From NCBI GenBank assembly GCA_964019425.1, contig OZ025792.1, forward strand, positions 744,001-808,000: 64,000 nucleotides of DNA, in the 5' to 3' direction. The position numbers were made by a program, and so were the translations under genes. The stretch is from Flectonema sp. DT1601 (Eukaryota). The notes beneath the pieces were generated by a model. That model saw nothing but the letters and a program-made list of their open reading frames with translations, did not search any database and was not told where the DNA came from. Each line of letters begins with the position of its first letter. Within the stretch, counting starts at the first letter, position 1. Shown here one piece after another: positions 59,384-64,000 of this stretch.

Positions 59384-60481
59384 ATGGAGGCCACAGATTT
59401 AGTGATCTGGGTCTTGGTGGTAGTCGCCATAGTTTTGGCGCTGGTAGCCGGGACTCTAGCTTGGAGACTTTATTCAGGTAGGGTTGGCACTACTAGGGAA
59501 AACGAAGGCTGGGTGGAGAGTGAGCGGCGAGCAGCAACACAAAAGGAACCCAAAAGCAATGATTTGATCCAGCGGGCATCTAATTTACTTCGATCTGTAT
59601 CGCCATCATTTCATAATTCACCTCCCAAAAATTGGGAAAAACTTGAAAAAATTGGATCCGGAAGCAACGGTGTTGTATTCAAAGGAAGGAGGAAAAACGG
59701 ATCGATCTTCGCTGTGAAATGTCTTCAAGTGACGAGTAACAACAGATCAACAAGTTTAATGAGAGAAGTTGATATGATGTGTGAACTACGTCATGATTGT
59801 GTTATTCGAGTATTCGGAAGTAAATACGACAAAGATCAATCCACCCTAAACATTTTTATGGAATTTGCTGACAGAGGTAATCTAGGTGAGCTCTCCCGAC
59901 TTCGTCCCATTCCAGAACCCGAAATGATTTGTTATTTACGGAATATCCTCTCTGGAGTTCAATTCCTACACAGCAAGAAAGTAGTTCACAGAGACCTTAA
60001 AGGTGATAATATTTTATTAACGAGCGACAATTCAGCTAAAATTTCAGATTTTGGAGCTTGCAAAGAAGTCGAAATTGAAAAAACAATGCAAGCTGGAACA
60101 CTAATAGGAACACCCTTATGGATGGCACCAGAAGCAATGACTGGTGAATGTTGTAAGGCTTCAGATATTTGGTCAGTCGGTTGTATTGTTGTGGAAATGT
60201 TGACTGGGAAGCCTCCATGGAAACCTTTTGCTAACCATTGGCAAGCAATGCTAGTAATCGGTCAGTGGTCTGAACCACTCCCACCAAGTGTTCCAACAAA
60301 CATCACTCCTGATTGTTTAGACTTCCTTACGAGATGTTTTAATACCGATCCAAGAAAGAGACCTTCTTCTACTACTCTCTTAAACCATTCATTGATATTA
60401 GGATCTTCTGAGAAGTACCAGCCAGCAACTCTACCGAGTGATCAATACTTCGATGACTACGCTGCCTATGAGAGGTTGTAG
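59384..60481 (+). CDS. STE (STE11/MAP3K-like) Ser/Thr kinase with N-terminal TM anchor
   Basis: GSGSNG, FAVK, HRDLKGDN, DFG, GTPLWMAPE, DIWSVGC. Hydrophobic segment at residues ~6-27. Confidence 0.9.
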   Translation: MEATDLVIWVLVVVAIVLALVAGTLAWRLYSGRVGTTRENEGWVESERRAATQKEPKSNDLIQRASNLLRSVSPSFHNSPPKNWEKLEKIGSGSNGVVFKGRRKNGSIFAVKCLQVTSNNRSTSLMREVDMMCELRHDCVIRVFGSKYDKDQSTLNIFMEFADRGNLGELSRLRPIPEPEMICYLRNILSGVQFLHSKKVVHRDLKGDNILLTSDNSAKISDFGACKEVEIEKTMQAGTLIGTPLWMAPEAMTGECCKASDIWSVGCIVVEMLTGKPPWKPFANHWQAMLVIGQWSEPLPPSVPTNITPDCLDFLTRCFNTDPRKRPSSTTLLNHSLILGSSEKYQPATLPSDQYFDDYAAYERL

Positions 60482-63400
60482 TTCTAAACTCTACTCTACT
60501 TTGTATGATTAACCATCTCCAATTATTTACTTTAACTGGAGAGAGTACTTTTGTCCTACCGTCGGTATTGTCTGGCGGTTGTTTTAATTAACGAATCTCT
60601 TTTTGAGACGTTCGTTTTTTTTTTCTTCTTCTTTTTTTTTCTTTTTCTCGTCGTCTTATTTTGTTTTGTTTTTTTTTTCCCTCTTTTTTTTTTTTTCAAT
60701 CTGTTATTTTAAAAAACTATTCTGACCTCCGAGAAGGAGCGAAGTAGCATCTCCCCCCCTTTTTTTTATTTTTTATTTTGTTAAACAAGTTTTTGGGGTT
60801 GGTTTAAGTTAATTTCGTGTACAAGCATGGTATGTCTCTTTATCACGGATATTCCGTCTTAGGCTAAAGCCAATTCACTTGACATCTGTTGGTGTGTATC
60901 AGATACCCGTCAAGCTCATATTTTATTATCCGAAATCTAAGAAGGAGATATTTCTTGGCCTTGAATGAAGTCTATCCCGCAAGATGCTGCGGTGCGTGTT
61001 TTTCTACTGCAAATTGCTTAAGTTTTTTTTGTTTTGTTTTGTTTCTTTTATTGTTTTTTATTGTTGTCCTCCCTTGTTTAAAAAAAAAAAATAGACAACA
61101 CTTCCTTCATATTCTATCTTACGGCTGCTGGAGTTCAAAAAATAATAACAACTCAATGAAATGTGTAAGACAGGACTGATAATCGTAGTCAAGAGGGTTG
61201 GGTTGAGTTGGGTAGGGTGGGTTAATGAACACCCAAAACCCAAAACCATTATTAGTTTGATGTACTTACACTTTGTTGATTTGATTATTTTATTTAATTT
61301 TGTGATAAACTCCCAAGCTGGCCAATGCTAACTAAGAAAAAACTTATTTTCCTAAAAATTCCTGACTAAGAGCAACTGCTTTATTGAGTCTGTTGTTGTA
61401 AAAATCTTTTTTTTGAACACCCTCCCATTATTATTTTTTTGATGCCGTTGTTTTCTTTTGGTTTGTAACGACAAAAAATGTTGAAAACCTTCTTAGCTCT
61501 AACAGTTAAGTCTACAGTTTGCATCGTATACAAAAAAAAAAAAAACATCTTTTTTTTTAGTAAAAGCCGGGTTTTTTTTTGTTTTTTTTTTTGTTCGGAC
61601 AATGACCCAAAATACACCCCTATTTTTTTTTCCAATGGACCAAGAAACACCAAGTGGCCCAAAAAAAGCACCAAATGGATTCTGGTTACACTTTAGTACT
61701 CGTGCCTGTCCCGCTCCTTTCGCAGCACTGTAACTGTGCTAAAGGTAAGAACAACCTGAATGATAAAGCATGGAATAGCAAGGGATCGATTCTCTCGGTC
61801 ATTTTTGTTAGTTCTTAACCCGAAAAGGAATAATTTAAGGTAAGGCTCCAAGACTAGCAGTAATGCTGGGGATTCATTGACTGTCGTAGAGACATCATTT
61901 ACATGTGTAGGGTGGCTCGACCTATCTATGCGGGTGCACGGATCAAAGCCCAGGTCATAGGTATACTTTGGGTCACTTCGGTGTATTTTGGCCTCTTTTA
62001 GTTTTGTTTTGTTTTGTTTGCAACAAATGAATTTTTTCTGCGCGTTTTTTGAAATCAAAATCCTTTGCAGTTTGCAACTCAACAATCTGCAGTAGTCGGG
62101 TGACCCAATTCTCTTATTGTGGAAACTTTTGGACTCGCAAAAATTTTCAAATGACTCTGCGACCAATCCTTTTAGAGGATCTGATAATGTGGTCTCCCAT
62201 GACCGTATTTAGTCTTGCAGTTCATTGCCATGCTCAATTCAGTGCTGAAGATGGAAGTTGTCTTCTATTTTCTTTCAGTCAGGAGCGCAAGTTGCTGCAT
62301 TTTCTTTTATTAACACATTTATCTTTACTAACTTAATATTATTATTTAATGATCAGCTCTCTAATATTCTTGAGGGTCAACATGAGAGTTAGCAACAGTT
62401 ATGTTGGTGGAGGTTTGTCCTTCAAATCAACTCGCTGGCGACAACGATGCTGTTTTTGTTTTGGTTGGGTTGTTTTTGTAAGCTCAACTTTATTGATAAA
62501 GTTGTGGCATTTTGCGGTAATTTATTCCTGTCATCTCTTCGGTAATCCTTTCTGTCACTTCTAATGAAAATCAGATACGTGTTACTGGTGAGGGAGTGAA
62601 ACCGTACGAAGTTTATTTAATTGCTTTCGAGGGGATGCTAAAAATAAATAATCTCAATACCTCTGAAATACGTGAGACGTCGCTAATTGCTTACCTTTCT
62701 TTTATTTTATGGTTTTCCGTTGGCTGAAGCTAAGCTGACAATCATTCTTATTGGATAGGGACCGTTCACTTTTGTGGAATACTTCTAGTACAAGATTCTT
62801 TGTTTCTACTTTGTTCTATTTCTTACCTAGTTTGAGGGAACCAACCAAGCAGTGCAGTAAACGGTTCTTTGTTAACAAGGGGCTAAAAAATATTGTTTTG
62901 GTAAAATCCCTTTTTTTTTTTTCAATCCTTATGTTAAGTACAACACCTGTTAAACAGATTTAAATATATTTCAAACCTCTCGGTGTTGTGGATAATTACA
63001 TTACTCTTCTTCATTTATCTTTGAAAGTTCACTTTTGTGTGAAGCGCTTCGTTTCATTGATATGGCTTTTGCTTCGCAATCTAAAAAACGTTTAAAAATA
63101 TGTTTGTAATTGTTGTTCTGTAATTGAATTCATGAACTTATTACAGCGGGGAACTTAATTAATGTTCAAAGTTAGGATCAGTTCATTTCTTATGAACGGC
63201 AGATGGCAGCGTTCTAGTGACTCTGTGTTCCGCTTCTTGTTTTGTCTTTGAAGGCGTCGTGCGTAAAGCACGGTGAGCAGTGAACCACACTGCGATGAAT
63301 CTACGCTGCCAACCTTCTTTTTTCGTTTGCGTCCTTTTCCCTGTGTAAAAGTTCATGTACCTTGAATAATCTCATACTAACTTGCAGATTGCTGAATGTG

Positions 63401-63774
63401 TGTTTCAGTATTTCAGCTATTTTTTTTTCCCCTTTTTTTTCTCTTTTTTTTTTTTGTGAATGCGATTTTTTTTTTTGTTGTTTTTTAATTTAGTACTTGT
63501 GGTACTTGTCGATCTTTATGGAAAGAAATCAGATCCGGGTTTGTGTCCTGTATGGAAGTGATAAACTTTTATGTTGCTCGTGTTTAGTTTTCTTTTACAG
63601 AAATTTCAGAGTTATAAATAAGAGAGGTCATCAGCCCTGCAATTTGGAGGCGCGTTATGACTCCAGCGTTGTTTAATTGGATTGGATGACAGCAAAATAT
63701 AAATTTAGTTTTTTTTAGAAAACTGATCGATTTAGTTTTCATCAACAGAAATAAAAGTTATTTGTAATAATATT

Positions 63775-64000
63775 ATGGGCTGCTCGCAATCACAGGAAGA
63801 GAAGAGAGTTAAGCACGCTCCAGCGAAGAGAGGTGTTGGGGGATTTGGAGCACCTACAGAAACTAAGAATCCAACACAGCTGCCGACTGGAATCTTTGAT
63901 GAAGGATCGTGGAATTCACTGCCTCCGTGTGATGTCGCTGATGAGATTCAGAACTTACATCCTTCAAAAGGAGGACCTGATAATGGAATAGTAATCCTAT
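63775..64000 (+). CDS. 5' part of a gene, dual-acylation-type N-terminus (MGCSQS), runs off the window
   Basis: Open frame to the window end, an upstream AG acceptor (CAACAG at ~63748), and a shift to coding-like composition. Confidence 0.6.
   Translation, partial: MGCSQSQEEKRVKHAPAKRGVGGFGAPTETKNPTQLPTGIFDEGSWNSLPPCDVADEIQNLHPSKGGPDNGIVIL

Noticed and set aside
60482..63774. Short ORFs and a weak inverted repeat (61602-61617 / 61960-61976) in the AT-rich region
   Set aside because: Homopolymer-driven low-complexity translations, with no TSD or second copy in the window.

Overview
This is AT-rich eukaryotic DNA. All recognisable host genes lie on the + strand, and several have short GT-AG introns with A/C-rich 3' ends. 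With trypanosomatid-type adenylate cyclase motifs, this suggests a euglenozoan, most likely a diplonemid (inference). From 5.6 to 42.5 kb lies a tandem array of 8 paralogous ~6-TM class III adenylate cyclases (one a pseudogene). Their catalytic cores are near-identical but the membrane, linker and tail modules are divergent and shuffled. The array is interrupted by 3 tandem genes for a putatively secreted protein made of 16, 23 and 38 copies of a 38-aa, 6-Cys repeat. From 43.5 to 64 kb are single-copy genes: a spinster-like MFS transporter, a WD40/coiled-coil protein, a multi-TM RING-H2 E3 ligase, two unknown proteins, a TM-anchored STE kinase and a partial MGC-start gene. The most striking signal is in the mobile DNA. 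A decayed Penelope-like retroelement (RT plus a Josephin-like protease remnant) and a sequence-distinct short non-autonomous family that inserts at C-tracts carry the same hammerhead ribozyme fold. Its strand order is non-circularly permuted (pseudoknotted), it has an extra helix, and base pairing is preserved despite different sequences. Also present are TIR elements, a TATE/DIRS-like RT fragment in an intron, and several templated inverted insertions.
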